Shown piece after piece: positions 38,386 to 49,409 of a stretch of 64,000 nt of DNA. Made by a program: the position numbers and the translations under genes. Positions within the stretch are counted from its first letter, which is position 1; each line of letters begins with the position of its first letter. Below the pieces are notes generated by a model that did not search any database, was not told the DNA's origin, and was given only the letters and a program-made list of their open reading frames with translations. This DNA is from Octopus sinensis (taxonomy: Eukaryota): positions 434,001-498,000 of the forward strand of contig NC_042998.1 of NCBI RefSeq assembly GCF_006345805.1. Direction: 5' to 3'.

Positions 38386-38436
38386 ATATATATATATATA
38401 TGTATATATGTATATGCATATATATATATATATATA

Positions 38437-38597
38437 CGACAGGCTTCTTTCAGTTTCCGTCTATCAAATCCACTCACAAGGCATTGGTCGGTCCGGGGCT
38501 ATAGTAGAAGACACTTGCCCAAGATGCCATGCAGTGGGACTGAACCCAGAACCATGTGGTTGGTTAGCAAGCTACTTACCACACAGCCACTCCTGCG

Positions 38598-38600
<3 letters not shown>
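38437..38600 (-). mobile_element. SINE type A, 5' half
   Basis: Head to (TA)n. Confidence 0.85.
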
Positions 38601-38635
<35 letters not shown>

Positions 38636-39104
38636 TGTGTCTATATATATAAGTATATATTTATGTGTATGTATATGTGTAGGTGTGTATGTATTTATGT
38701 GTACATATATGTAAATATATATATATACATACACATACACACATATATAGATTCATACATATACATTCATACATATATATATATATATAAACATTCATAC
38801 ATACATAAATATATTGGTGCATTGTTTTTCCATTATCCTATATATATATATATATATATCAAGGAAAATAATTTGAGATTGATGTGCTGAACAAACTGAA
38901 TCTTTTCATGTCACAGTCTTCAATTGAAATCATGCCAAAATTATGTCAGAATAACAATAAATTATTGTCTCATTCATAGAAAAGTTACTAGTCTGCGTAA
39001 CTTTACAGAAAAAAGAAAACTTCTAGCACTCTAAGCTAATTTGGCTTGGATAATGAAATATAAAACTTCCTTTGGCTAGTTGCAAGGACTATTTTGTAAA
39101 TAGA

Positions 39105-39149
<45 letters not shown>

Positions 39150-39479
39150 TATATATATCTTTTTTGGAAAGGATCTGAAAGCATACATAAAGTGACAGAT
39201 TATAGTGTGTGAAATTATGTTGAAAAACATTTTTGGGCTAGAAAATGCTGAAGGCAGCCGTTGACTTTTTCTATCTCAAAAGGGTTCTGCATCCCAGTTT
39301 TACATATTATTTTATATCTTTAAGTGGGCTTCAAAATCCATTCCAGAAAAGAATTATTTCACATTCATTTAAAAAAATTTATAAATCCTTATGATATAAT
39401 GCCAACTGTATGTATATCTCTTTTCTCTTTCTCTTTCACTTGTTTCAGTCATTTGACTGCGGCCATGCTGGAGCACCTA

Positions 39480-39805
39480 TATAAAATAATAATATGCTTA
39501 ATTTGTCAGTGCTCTCAAATTTGAAATCTTGAATTACTGTACTGAAGAGGAGAATGAGAGAGTAGAAATATGATTTAACATTTTTCCCATCTCTCTAACT
39601 CTGATACACGTATATAGTTAATCAAAGCCGGGTGGATTCGTTATATATTTCTCTTTACCTGCGTGAGCTGATGAGTATTGCTGTCCGGGAGATTTTCTTA
39701 TGGTAGTGAAATAGTAGTTTAACTGCTATTTCTAAATTTCAGTACGTGGCAAAGCAAATTTTTGCTGAACCCTAATTATAATTATACTCATAATTATAGA
39801 ATTTT

Positions 39806-39809
<4 letters not shown>
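39480..39809 (+). mobile_element. Hammerhead-bearing pseudo-LTR-like element; inverted partial copy at 40666-40797
   Basis: actgta-CTGAAGA-stem II-GATA-cacg-TA-tatagt at 39536-39618; downstream homologous to 43000-43200 (-). Confidence 0.7.
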
Positions 39810-39836
<27 letters not shown>

Positions 39837-39840
39837 TATT

Positions 39841-40292
39841 ATTTAATAAAGGCAATATATGGTAATATATATTTCTATGACCTGTTAATAGTTTCATGCA
39901 ATGAAAAGATCTCAGACAGCATTTTTTAACATGTTTGGTGCCTTTCTGTAATCCTTAGGCTGCACCTATGTGACATAACAAGCTAAAACAGGATGATAGG
40001 ATGAGAGAAATAAATGAGAAAAGGTGAAAAGGAAGTGGATGTAAAAGGTGGGAGGTTGAAAAACTGGAAAAGGAAAAAGCAAAGAACTCACACTATCCTC
40101 CTGTTTTAGCTTGTTAGATCATGTGGGCAGAACCTGAGAATTGTGTCAAGGCACCAGACATGTTAAAAAATGCTGCCTGAGATGTTTTCATCACATGAAA
40201 CTAATAGTGGCACATAAATACATGTATTGTGCTTATTAAATATTATTTACCTCTCACCAGATTAGAGTACTTTGTTGAACTTACCAGTACAA
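39841..40292. mobile_element. Fold-back element (about 160-bp inverted arms)
   Basis: Arms 39841-40005 / 40087-40241 around a purine-rich spacer; contains catgaaactaatagt. Confidence 0.75.
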
Positions 40293-40310
40293 TATATATC
40301 TATGTGTGTG

Positions 40311-40622
40311 TGTGGAGGCCCAATGGCCCATTGGTAAGTGTAGTGGACTCGCAGTCGTAGGATCGTGGTTTCGATTCCCAGACTGGGCATTATGAGTGAT
40401 TATTGAGCGAAAACACCTAAAGCTCCACAAGGCTCCAGCAGGGGGTGGTAGCGACCCCTGCTGTACTCTTTTGCCACAACTTTCTCTCACTCTTTCTTCT
40501 GTTGGCCTGCTCTCTTAGCCAGTGGGGTGGCATCATTTGAAGGGTAAAACAATGTGAAGCGCATTGTGACCAGTGATGTGCAGCAACATCTGATAGCCCA
40601 GTCGGTCACGGTGATCATGGTG
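40311..40622 (+). mobile_element. tRNA-derived SINE type C
   Basis: A box tggcccattgg, B box gtttcgattcc; homologous to 1520-1692. Confidence 0.8.
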
Positions 40623-41298
40623 ATATATATATACATACAGTGATATATATACACACACACATACATACAAAAATTCTATAATTATAAGCATGATTATAAT
40701 TAGGGTTCAGCAAAATTGCTTCACCACTTACCAAAATTTAGAAATAGCAGTTAAATACTATTCCACTACCATAAGATATCCCCAAACAGCAATACTCCCA
40801 ACACATACACACATATATATGGAGAGAGAGAGAGAGAGAAAATGTGTTGAAACATACTAAAACATGGTATAGGTGGTCACGTGACAGGAAGTCAGCTGTA
40901 AGAAAGATCTTTGTTGAGCAGATATGGAAACAGAAAAGACAGTTGAACCAAAAAAAATGGCAAATACAAAATAAATGAAAGATGCAATTGTGTGTATGTA
41001 TGTAAATGCCGAACTATGAAAATGAGTGCTCAACACCGCATTGGGGGATATGATTTCTTTGTTTGGGAATTAAGGCTACCATTGGTTTCATGTTAAGATA
41101 AGTAGAAAAATATCCTAATGTCTTAATAATTTTCAAAGCGATCCCATGGAGAAAGGTGTCCACCTCCATTTTGAAAAACACTTCACACACACACACACAT
41201 ATATATATACATGCATACACACATACATACATACTTACATATATATATATACATGCATACACACATACATACATACTTACATATATATATATATACTA

Positions 41299-42873
41299 GA
41301 CACTGCTAGTAAGGTGAGGGTTGGCAACGAGTACAGTGAAGAATTCCTGGTAGAGGTTGGGGTCCACCAAGGTTCAGTCCTCAGTCCCCTCCTATTTATC
41401 ATAGTCCTCCAGGCAATAACAGAGGAATTCAAGACAGGATGCCCCTGGGAGCTCCTCTATGCTGATGACCTTGCTCTAATTGCTGAGTCACTATCAAAAC
41501 TGGAGAAGTTTCAGGTGTGGAAGCAAGGTTTAGAATCGAAGGGCCTTAGAATCAACCTAGCCAAAACCAAAGTCCTAATAAGTAGGAAAGTAGACAAGTC
41601 ACAAACGCCTTCAGGTAGATGGCCCTGCTCGATCTGTAGAAAAGATGTAGGTAGAAACTCTATAAGGTGCACCAAGTGCAAGCTATGGACACATAAGAGG
41701 TGTAGCAATGTCAAAGGAAGGCTAACTAGGAAAATAGTTTTTGTCTGTGGCAGATGCTCAGGAGCAATAAACACTGAAAATGTGCAGAGACCAACGTCTA
41801 CCATGTTCCAGGGAGAAAAACTAGAAGTAGTTGATAGCTTCCGCTACCTAGGTGACCAAGTCAGTAGCGGGGGTGGGTGTGCTGAAAGTGTAACTGCTAG
41901 AGTAAGAATAGCCTGGGAAAAGTTTAGAGAGCTCTTACCCCTGCTAGTGACAAAAGGCCTCTCGCTCAGAGTAAAAGGCAGACTGTATGATGCATGTGTA
42001 CGAACGGCCATGCTACATGGTAGTGAAACATGGGCTGTGACTGCTGAGGATATGCGTAAGCTCGCAAGAAATAAAGCCAGTATGCTCCGATGGATGTGTA
42101 ATGTCAGTGTTCATAATCGACAGAGTGTAAGTACCTTGAGAGAAAAGTTGGACCTAAGAAGCATCAGTTGTGGTGTGCAAGAGAGACGTCTGTGCTGGTA
42201 TGGGCATGTGACGAGAATGGGTGAAGATAGTTGTGTGCAAAAGTGCCACACCCTAGGAGTTGAGGGAACCTGTGGAAGAGGTAGACCCAGGAAAACCTGG
42301 GACGAGGTGGTGAAGCACGACCTTCGAAGTTTAGGTCTCACCAAGGAAATGACTAGAGACCGAGACCTATGGAAGTATGCTGTGCATGAGAAGACCCGGC
42401 AAGACCAGTGAGAACAGTCAAAATCAAAATCAAACCAAATCAAATCAGATATCAGAAAGTAGAACCAAAATTGAGGTCGATCAACATCAGTGGAAATTGC
42501 AGCTGTGGTTAAGCAAACCATCCGATCATGGTCGTTGCCGGCTCCGCCACATCTGGCCTCTGTGCCGGTGGCACGTAAAAGCACCATCCGCTCGTGTCCG
42601 TTGCCAGCCTCGCCTGGCCCCCGTGCCTGTGGCACGTAAAAGCACCATCCGTTCGTGACTATTTGCCAGCTCTGTCTGGCACCTGTGCGGGTGGCACGTA
42701 AAAAGCACCCACTACACTCACGGAGTGGTTGGCGTTAGGAAGGGCATCCAGCCATAGAAACACTGCCAGATCTGACTGGGCCTGATGAAGCCTTCCGGCT
42801 TCACAGACCCCAGTTGAACCGTCCAACCCATGCTAGCATGGAAAACGGACGCTAAATGATGATGATGATGATG
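41299..42873 (+). mobile_element. RTE LINE, 5'-truncated, open RT C-terminal frame (41299-42411), complete 3' UTR and (GAT)n tail
   Basis: GVHQGSVLSPLLF, LLYADDL, FRYLG, WYGHVTRM, GRGRPRKTW; the ORF-track N-terminus (41146-41298) is microsatellite read-through. Confidence 0.95.
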
Positions 42874-42920
42874 ATATATATATATACATATATATAAATA
42901 TAAATACATATATATATATA

Positions 42921-43398
42921 AATGTATTAATAATAAAAGGGTCAAATAAATTAATTAATTAATAATTTTACCAAGTAGATCAGTATGTTAAAATAACCTT
43001 TATAGGTAAAATTATACAAATATTCTATAATTAGGGGTCAGCTAATTGCTTCAGCACATACCGAATTTAGAATTAGGAGTTAAAAATTCCTTTTCTACTA
43101 TCGTAAGAATTTCCCAGACAGTAACACACTTTATTTTACTTAGGTAAAGAGAAAAATAATGACTCAATACGACTCTGATTAGCCACAGATGTGTTTCGAG
43201 ATTAAAGTGTTTAATTACTTACTTCTCTTCTAATCAACAGTGTAGCATTTCCAATATAAAATTTGAAAGTGCAAGGGTTAAATATGCACGTATAATAGAA
43301 AAGGAATTTTAAACTCCTATTTCTAAATTCGGTATGTGGTGAAGCAATTAGCTGACCCCTATATTATAATTATGTTTATAATTATAGAATATTTGTAT
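42921..43398. mobile_element. Fold-back pseudo-LTR-like element with degenerate hammerhead
   Basis: Arms 43014-43101 / 43292-43398; minus strand 43246-43182 gctaca-CTGTTGA...tctc-GAAA-caca-TC-tgtggc. Confidence 0.7.
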
Positions 43399-43521
43399 GT
43401 ATATATATATATATATAAATATATATACATATACATATACATATATAAATATATATACATATATATATAAATATATATACATATATATATATAAATATAT
43501 ATACATCTATATAAATAAATA

Positions 43522-43555
<34 letters not shown>

Positions 43556-46220
43556 AAACTTAAAACTTAGATAAAACTTAGATATGTTTCGACCAGAGAT
43601 TGGTCCAGGCCATGTCTAACTTAATAGCACCACCTGATAGGATTATTCGAATCCTGTTTAAGTCAAGTTTTGTTCAAGTAGTGAGTTCTTGTTGGGTGAG
43701 TTGTATCCAGTTTTGTTCAAGTAATGAGTTCTTGTTGGGTGAGTTGTATCCAATTATGGGTGGCTTATCTGGTATTCTTTGAAGGAATCTATCCAGACTC
43801 TGTTTGAAGTTGATGGGATCCTTTTCCTCTTTGATCTCCCTCGGGACAATGTTAAATAGGGCAGGGCCTGTTGAGGAAAAGAAATTATGTTGCAGTGTAC
43901 ATGTATGTTGTGATCTTGAATTTGGCAGGGGACGTATAGCCCGTGGTCCAAGTCTCGGATGAACCTTGAAGCTAATGTTTAGGTCGTTTGGGCAAAGTTG
44001 GCGGTATATTTTCCACATCATACAAATGATGTACCACTCACGGCGACGCTGGAGGGAGTAAAGTTTCAAGGCTTTAAGGCGATCCCAATAGTCGAGAGCA
44101 GCCATGCCTTCAATTTGTTTAGTGAGAGCCCTCTGGGGTGACTCAATTCTGGAGATGTTTTGTCTTGTGTGAGGAGACCACAGTGGGCAGCAGTATTCAA
44201 GGTGTGGCCGTACAAAGGATGAAAAAAGTGGTATGATGACACCTTGTTCTCTGGACCAGAAAGTTCTTAAGATCCAGGAACTCATCCTACGAGCTGTATC
44301 GACCTTCTTGTTGATGTGTGCACTCCAACTGAGATCGTCATCAACAATTACACCCAGGTCTCTGATATTGTTAGAGGCTGTGAGCGGTTCCCCTGAAGGA
44401 AGAGAGTATGGTTGTTTTAGTGAGGAATTTCTTCCAAAATGCATCAGCTCAAATTTTCCCTCATTCAGTTGCATTTTGTTTCTGTCTGCCCATTGACTCA
44501 CAGCATATAGATCAGACTGGAGTTGAGTTCGGTCTGCTTCTTCATTGACGATTTGCTGGAGCTTAGTGTCATCAGCGAATATTTTCACTTTGCAGTGATG
44601 TACGACACTGGAAAGGTCGTTTACATAAATTATGAAGAGTAGCGGACCCAAAACAGTTCCCTGGGGAACACCGCTGGTGACTTTTGCTGGGTTTGAGTGG
44701 ACTCCATCAACTACAACATGTTGTGTTCTATTCGCTAGGAAATACTGAATCCAGTGTAGAACTTTTCCACGGATTCCAACATTTGCCAATTTTGAGAGTA
44801 GGATGTTATGGTCTACCCTGTCGAACGCTTTACTGAAGTCAAGGTATATGACGTCAGAGTTCGAACCTGTTCCCAAGGCTTTGAGTACATCTTCAATGTG
44901 GTGTAAGAGCTGTGTTAGACAGTCCCTGCCACAGCGAAAGCCATGCTGATTTGAATTTAGGAGTTTGTGGGTCTCCAGGAAGTCAGCTATCCTTGATCTT
45001 AACACTCTTTCAAACACTTTAATGATGTGGGAGGTGAGTGAGATTGGGCGATAGTTGACTGCGAGGGATCCGTTTCCCTGTTTGAAAACCGGGATGACCG
45101 ACTGGGATAGAAACTTTTTCGGTATATAACCTGCGTCTAACGAGTTTCTCCAGAGGTTGGTCAGAGGGACTGCAAGTTGATATCTACATTCCTTCAGGAG
45201 ACTGGCGGGAAATCTATCAGGGCCTACAGCAGAGTAATGTTTGACCTCATTTATTGCTGCTACGATGTCGGTGGCAGTGAAGGTTATGTCTGAGATTTTG
45301 TGTTGGGAGTCACTTCGTTCGTTTCCCTCACGTCAATATCAGTGGGAACACTGAAGACAGAGCAATATTGTTTCTGCAGTATTTCTGCCATTTCTTTAGC
45401 ATCGTTTTGGGGAATGCCGTTTTCATCAATCAATGGCCAATAGGTGAGACAGTGGTTCTATGCTTATTTGCATAAGAATAGAACACTTTTGGGTTCTGTT
45501 TGATGTTTTTGATTACCCATTGTTCCTCCACAGCTCTTTGATTTTCAATGGAGGTTTTCATGTCAGTCTACAGATGAAGTTTTTCCAGCTCTAGTCTTTT
45601 GTTGTTGTTGAATGTGGATGTTGCGTGTGGGAATATTTTAATTGGTTGATTTTTTTGTTGAGTCTTTTGATGCGCCTGATGAGTGTTTTTTCTTTTTAGG
45701 GAGCTGGTTTCTGTTTGTGTTAGTAGATTTCGTGGGAGCGTGTTTAGAGCATGTGTCGGTGACAATGGTTTCAAAGTGCTGCCACGCGGTCTCAATATGA
45801 GGGGAATTGAGAGTAAAAGACCAGTCGATGGAAGACAGATCCTTTCTGATTGTTCCCCAGTCCGCTTTGTGGAAATTTATGTTGTCAAATGGGTGCCATG
45901 GAGTGAGATTGGCTGGTTTGGTTTTTATACGTCGGGAATTAAGATTGCAGAGTACCATGTCGTGGTCTGAGAGGAGAGTTTTTTCGACTGAAATGCTGTG
46001 AACGTAGCTAGAGTGATTGGTCAGTACCAGATCCAAGATCGTTTTATTCTGTCTCGTTGGTTCAAGCACTAGCTGAGTCAGGAAATACTCATCCATCAGA
46101 TTAAAGAGCAGTTCTGCTGCTGCCCTATCTGATGTAGAGCACTTGCCTAACTTCGGAGTATTTGTGGGCCAGTTCACATGAGGGAGGTTAAAATCACCCA
46201 TCACTATTATGTAACTGTTA
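43556..46220 (-). mobile_element. CR1-group LINE, 5'-truncated ORF2 (APE endonuclease C-terminus + RT) with frameshifts
   Basis: MGDFNLP, LDLVLTN, LSDH; NYRPISLTS, QHGFR, YLDFSKAFD, GVPQGTVLGPLLF, FADD, RDLGV; tail (atctaagtttt)n. Confidence 0.95.
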
Positions 46221-47211
46221 AATGGAATATTGGCAAAATACCAATCCGGAGCACTGAAGATTATCTTAACGACTGTAGGATGATGAAATATGTATGCTGA
46301 TCAATTGTCCAGTTTAATTATGTGGTATAAATATTGCAGTTTTTATTTCATTTTCCCTTCAATATGCTTTCATTTACTACACTGATATAGGCTGTAGCTG
46401 TTTAGCCCCAGGCTAACCCTGATTGAGCAGACATATGTTCAAAAATAATCCAGTCATAATCATCTTGTATTTTTGTATATCAGGCATTGTAATAACAAAT
46501 GTGTTCTTACTTACTTAAAAAGATGGTGTATGATTTGAGGGATATTTAGTTGTAGTTTCTATACAGTCAAACGACCATGTAGAGGATCTCTGGTTGTTGT
46601 AAGGTTACATGAAATCGTACATCATCCATTCATAAAAAAATTTAGAGTTTGCTGCTATCAAACATGGATGTAAGCTACTTAATTCAGAAAGAAGGATGGT
46701 ATGTAAGCCAACAAGAAGACCTCAACAGAGTTATTTAACCTGCATGAAACAGCAGCCAAAACTTCAACAAACAATCTACTTTTTTAACAAGGAAAGGACA
46801 TACTGGACATTGCAGTGCTTTATGATGGCCCCAGCTGAAAGATCTATGATCACAGGTCTGCTAGATTAATGCTGAAATGGACAAAACGAAAATAATAGGA
46901 GTGGTAGATATTTTTAGATAAACTGATTGAAACAAGTAGAATGAAGTATTTTGTCTAAGAGAACAACATCATCATTGTATTAAGATTTGGTTGTTTGCCA
47001 TTTGGCAAAGTGGTTAGCACTTTCCATATGTCACTACCACATAAATTAAAAATTAATATCTGTTATTAAAAGCTTGTTCGATCTAAAATATGAATGATGA
47101 AATTTTCATGCAAGTAATTGAGGTGCATGAAGTTATAATGTTCAGCATAATTTCTTATGATACACAAATAACTGATGAATTGCTATATATATGATATGAT
47201 ATGATATGATA

Positions 47212-47250
<39 letters not shown>

Positions 47251-47257
<7 letters not shown>

Positions 47258-47607
47258 AAATCCATTCTGTCCATCTGTGTGTGTGTCTTCTAGGATCTCG
47301 GGCATCCTCCATCCGATTGCGCTCAAATTTGATATGTAGATACCGACGATATCAGGGTGAGTCTTGAAAAAATTACAAAAATCGATTCCAGGTGAGAATG
47401 TGATCAATAAAGTGAATAAAATCGTTTTTCTTTGGAATAATAAAAAAGTCTATCTTTATTTTTTCTTTTGCTGGTGTCTCAAATTTAAGTTAAATCAGGG
47501 GTCTCAAAGGGGAGACCTATGAGATGGTTGGACAAGTTGCTTTGAGAAAATTTGGTTTAAATGTTTGACAACTCAACACCGTCCATTGGATTAGGAGCAT
47601 TTTGCTC

Positions 47608-47609
<2 letters not shown>
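47251..47609 (+). mobile_element. Non-autonomous Helitron/DINE-like element
   Basis: Starts tatataaaat..ctgtccatctgtgtg..ccgattgcgctcaaatttg, ends gctcgt; embedded in (TA)n. Confidence 0.5.
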
Positions 47610-47646
<37 letters not shown>

Positions 47647-48021
47647 TATAAAACACAGCTTAAGACTCCAAATGAAATTTAATAACTATAAAAGCAGTTG
47701 GCTTATTCATTTACAAAATGGAATCTGAGAAAAATTACTCAAAAAACATTAATAAATCATAATGAATTAAGCAACTACATCATGGAAGAGCCCATTTAAT
47801 AACACACAAAACTATTAAATTCACTTCAAATTTATTTCACATGATGTCAAAAGCTACCATTGCACAATTGTAACATGGCTGCTTACACAGTTCCATTGCA
47901 ACTGCTTGAAAGTTTGCTAATAATCAGTTCTTATAAGTCTAAGGATTTTCATTTCAATTTTTTTCAAAGATATTGAGCTTAAAGATATGTTTGATGTATG
48001 AATTAAAAAAACAACAACCCA

Positions 48022-48052
<31 letters not shown>

Positions 48053-48053
48053 A

Positions 48054-48640
48054 GCATGGAAGTGGCTGTGTGGTAAGTAACTTGCTTACGAACCACATGG
48101 TTCTGGGTTCAGTCCCACTGCGTGGCACCTTGGGCAAGTGTCTTTTACTATAGCCTCGGGCCGACCAAAGCCTTGTGAGTGGATTTGGTAGATGGAAACT
48201 GAAAGAAGCCTGTCGTATATATGTATATATATAGTTAATCCAAACAAGAAAGCACAAAAAAAAACACAACAACGCGAGGATGTGGAACAAATATAGTATT
48301 ATTGGACGCTCAGGAAAGAAGGAAAGAAGGAGGGTTCAACGTTTCGAGTGGAGCTCTTTGTCGAAAACATAGGAGAAGGAAAGATCCACGGAAGGGAAGA
48401 CGGAGGGAAAAAAATCACCAATGGTTCACACGAGGTCACATTTAAATATATTTATATATATATATATGTGTGTGTATATGTTTGTGTGTCTGTGTTTGTA
48501 CCCTCAACATCACTTGACAACCAATGCTGGTATGTTTACATCCCTGTAACTTAGTGGTTCGGCAAAAGAGAATGATAGAATAAGTACTAGGCTTACAGCA
48601 TGGCCACAGTTAAATGACAGAAACAAGTAAAAGAGTAAGA
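48054..48640 (+). mobile_element. SINE type A interrupted by a hammerhead-family repeat (48232-48445, minus)
   Basis: SINE halves flank an insert in the internal (TA)n; insert minus strand gttt-TCGACAA-agagctccactc-GAAA-cg-TT-gaac at 48368-48334. Confidence 0.8.
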
Positions 48641-48656
48641 GTATATGTATATATAT

Positions 48657-48898
48657 AATGCTCTGAGACCAACTGAAAATGCTCTGAGACCAACTTCCGT
48701 CACTTTCCAGGGAGAAAAACTAGAAATAGTTGATAGTTTCCGTTACCTAGGTGACCAAGTCAGCAGCGGGGGTGGGTGTGCTGAAAGTGTAACTGCTAGA
48801 GTAAGAATAGCTTGGGCAAAGTTCAGAGAGCTCTTACCTCTGCTGGTGACAAAAGGCCTCTCGCACAGAGTGAAAGGCAGACTGTATGATGCTTGTGT
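48657..48898 (+). mobile_element. Internal RTE RT fragment
   Basis: Closely matches 41775-42000 (FQGEKLEIVDSFRYLGDQ...GRLYDACV). Confidence 0.9.
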
Positions 48899-48904
48899 AG
48901 AACC

Positions 48905-49160
48905 ATCCAATTAGAACGTCACAGGAAAGAAATGCATGATGGATTTTTCAAGCTTATCCGACTGGCAGGAGAACTATGTGTAAACAAAGAACTAGATGGT
49001 TGGATAATATCCATACTCACAGTTGGTCATGTTTGGAGATCTAAGTAGAAAATCTAATGACAGTTGCTTTTTGCAAGACCCTCTGGAGGAAGTGCCTGAG
49101 GAGCTTATCGTGATGGTCCTCACAAGCCCAGTAGATAAAGAAAACGAATGGATGGATAAA
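48905..49160 (+). mobile_element. RTE (Expander-like) LINE 3' end
   Basis: FQAYPTGRR...QRTRWLDNI matches RTE C-terminus PTGRRPRGRPRTRW; ends gaatggatggat. Confidence 0.7.
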
Positions 49161-49185
49161 CAGACAGCCATGTAAGTGAGATTAA

Positions 49186-49409
49186 CCCTTTCAATACTAA
49201 CCTGGCTGAAACTGGCTCTGGCTTTGTAATACAAATATCTTGTTTTCATAAGTTTTGAGTTAAATCCTTCCACCAAACCTTAGTCACAATCATTAAGCTT
49301 AGTCACACTAGCTTAATGATAACTAAGTTATTTTCCTAAATTCTTTGTTATATCTAAAATAAGTGAAAGAAACACAGAGCATCTCAACAGAAATACAGTA
49401 ATGAAAGGG
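49186..49409. mobile_element. piggyBac-like MITE
   Basis: TTAA on both sides (49182-49185, 49410-49413); TIRs ccctttcaatact / agtaatgaaaggg. Confidence 0.85.

Noticed and set aside
39668-39720. Second hammerhead at CTGATGA...GAAA
   Set aside because: Stem I does not pair and the homologous copy near 43120 lacks the core
41146-42411. 421-aa ORF as a host or domesticated gene
   Set aside because: N-terminus is microsatellite read-through; the rest is a 5'-truncated RTE RT with its own 3' UTR and tail
43674-45017. 447-aa ORF as an active RT gene
   Set aside because: Part of a CR1 ORF2 that is frameshifted upstream and truncated within the endonuclease
49030-49177. Exon ending at cat|gtaagt donor
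   Set aside because: Another frame matches an RTE C-terminus with stops; the open frame has an upstream stop and no clear acceptor
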